A stretch of 64,000 nucleotides of DNA from Hemiscyllium ocellatum (taxonomy: Eukaryota): the NCBI RefSeq assembly GCF_020745735.1, contig NC_083409.1:9909534-9973533 (forward strand), read 5' to 3'. Shown in pieces: positions 61,940-64,000 of this stretch (position 1 is the first letter of the stretch; each line of letters begins with the position of its first letter). A program made the translations under genes and the position numbers. Under the pieces are notes generated by a model that was not told the DNA's origin, made no database searches, and worked only from the letters and a program-made list of their open reading frames with translations.

Positions 61940-62130
61940 CTTAGAGAGCAAGAGATGGAGCACAGGGACAGAGAGAGAGAGACACAGAGAGAGAGAGAGA
62001 GAGAGATGGAGCACTAAGAGAGAGGGGGATAGAGCTTGGACAGAGAAAGAGGAATGGAACTCAGAGTGAGATCTATGCAGCTGAGTTAGAGAGGGGTGGG
62101 GAGAGAGAATGAGTGAGAGAGATGGAGTCA
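61940..62130. repeat. GA-rich low-complexity tract
   Basis: Direct reading. Confidence 0.85.
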
Positions 62131-62169
62131 AGGAGTTCTATGTCAAAGATAAATTATACTCTGTTAAAG

Positions 62170-64000
62170 ATTGCACTGGATGAATGCTGACTCTCTGACT
62201 CTATGAACACTACCTACAAAGCTGTCTAACTTTGTGTCATTAGCAAACTAGAGTATCTGACTTTCTATGCCATTATCCAATGCATTAATAAATAATGTAA
62301 ATAATTGAGGTGTGCGCACACATTCCTATTGGACACCACTGGTCACATCCTGCCAATTTCAGCACTTATCCATGATCCCTATTTTCTGTCACCTGTCAAC
62401 CAATTTCGGTATGGCAGTATTTTAGCCTCAATTCTGTGGATTTCTAACTGAGTTGAACAGTTTCTTACATGGGATTTTATCAAATGCCTTCTGGAAGTGC
62501 CTATAAACAACATCCATTGACATTACTGTGTCCAGTAATTTTGTTTCCTCTTCAAAAATGTTCAATGAGTTTTTTTCACCATGACCAACTTGTCATGAAT
62601 CCATGTTGATTCTCCCTGATTAACTGACCATTTTCAAGGTCTTCAGTTACCCCCATCCTTGATTATAGACAGCAACAATTTCCACACCACAAACGTTGGC
62701 TTCGTGACCTGTAATTCCCTGGTTTTTCTCTAACATTCTTGTTAAATGTGAAATGAAATTTGCAATTTTCCAATTCAGAAGTACGACTCCTGAATCCAGG
62801 TAACTCTGAAAGATTATAGTCAGGGTATCTGCAATGTGGTCTATGACTACTTTATCACTCTCAGGTCCTGAGGATTTGTCACTCTTTAGTTCCATTATTT
62901 TCCTTATTACACATGTTCTATTGACATTAACTTTATTTAGGTGACACAATGGTTAGCACTGCTGCCTCACAGCACCAGAGTCCCAGGTTCAATTCCAGCC
63001 TCGGGCAACTGCCTGTGTGGAGTTTGCACATTGTCTGCATGGGTTTCCTTCTACTATCCAAAGATGTGCAGGTCAGGTGAATTGGCCACACTAAATTGCC
63101 CATAACGTTAGGTGCATTAGTCAGAGGGAAAATGGGTCTGGGTGGGTTACTCTTCGGAGGGTCGGTGTGGACTGGTTGGGCCAAAAGGCATGTTTGCACA
63201 CTGCAGGGAATCTAATCAGTCCCTGACACAGATCCTCTGTTAATTCCTTTGGGACTTCAGGCAAGTCCTCTTCCTTTTCTGCTGCAAATCTTGAGGTAAA
63301 GTATTTATTTAACATGGCTGTCATTTCCCCATTGTCACTTTCAGTCTTTAATGGCCAACATTGCTCCTGACCTCCCAGCTTCCCTTTTATGGAACTGTAA
63401 CATTTCTCCTTATTGATTTTGTTATCCCTTACATGTTTCCTTTCAGAATCCCTTTTGGTAGCTCTTAGAAGCTGATATGAGGCCCTTTTGTATCCTTCCC
63501 ATTCAGCGGAATCTGTCCTTTTTTTGGCTTTTCTGTAAGCCTTTTTTAAACATTTTATTCTTTCCCTTATCTCTTTAATTGACCATTGTTGTTTGTTCGC
63601 TTTTCCCTCTCAGGTATAAACTGGCTTTGTTTTGTGCTGAATGTTCCTTTAAGTATTCCCCACTGTTCTTCAGTTGTTTTACCCATGAGCTGATTTTCCC
63701 AGTTTATTGTGGACAGTCTCTGTCGCATCTCGTTAAAGTCGGCCCTTACCTTAATCTCAAATTCTAGCAGCTGATTCATGCTTTTTACTTTCAAATGCGA
63801 CACTGAACTAGATCATGTTATGATCACTATTTGATAAATATTCATGCACAAATAGTTACGAACTAAATCTGGCTCATTATTCATTACTAATTCCAATATT
63901 GCTTGTCCCCTTGTTGTATCCAGGACCTATTGCTGTTGGAAACTATTCTGGACACACAGCAGCAATTCACTACCTTTCTGACAGAGGGCTTGTCTGTCTC
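62170..64000 (-). mobile_element. Old CR1 ORF2 fragments interrupted by an HE1 SINE (62939-63217, plus)
   Basis: CR1 peptides (LKSDKSSGP, LNKYFTS, ADFNEMRQRL); SINE with A/B boxes and an aatct tail. Confidence 0.85.

Overview
Vertebrate genomic DNA, almost certainly a shark (HE1-type tRNA SINEs, abundant CR1 LINEs, Penelope-like elements, cluster-type Ig locus). There is a 200-N gap at 17035-17234. Left to right: (i) an internally deleted class I (epsilon/gamma-like) endogenous retrovirus on the minus strand (1-~4330); (ii) scrambled, partly duplicated CEP350-like pseudo-exons on the plus strand (~4990-23774), mixed with L1 and CR1 insertions; (iii) an orphan, inverted copy of the Ig light-chain C 3'UTR (25079-25528); (iv) one complete unrearranged kappa-type (NS4-like) light-chain cluster on the minus strand: leader 41158-41110, V 40923-40628, 12-RSS, 23-RSS, J 40114-40076, C 31555-31227. 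All its coding frames are open, but three cis signals each look defective: promoter octamer ATTTACAT, V heptamer TACAGTG, and a J donor out of phase with C; (v) ~20 kb of nested CR1/L2/SINE/Penelope repeats, including fold-back Penelope ends carrying hammerhead ribozyme cores and a repeat-free island with a PU.1/IRF (EICE) motif plus an E-box. Protein assignments rest on motifs and on my recollection of the families; no database search was run. Repeat boundaries are approximate.
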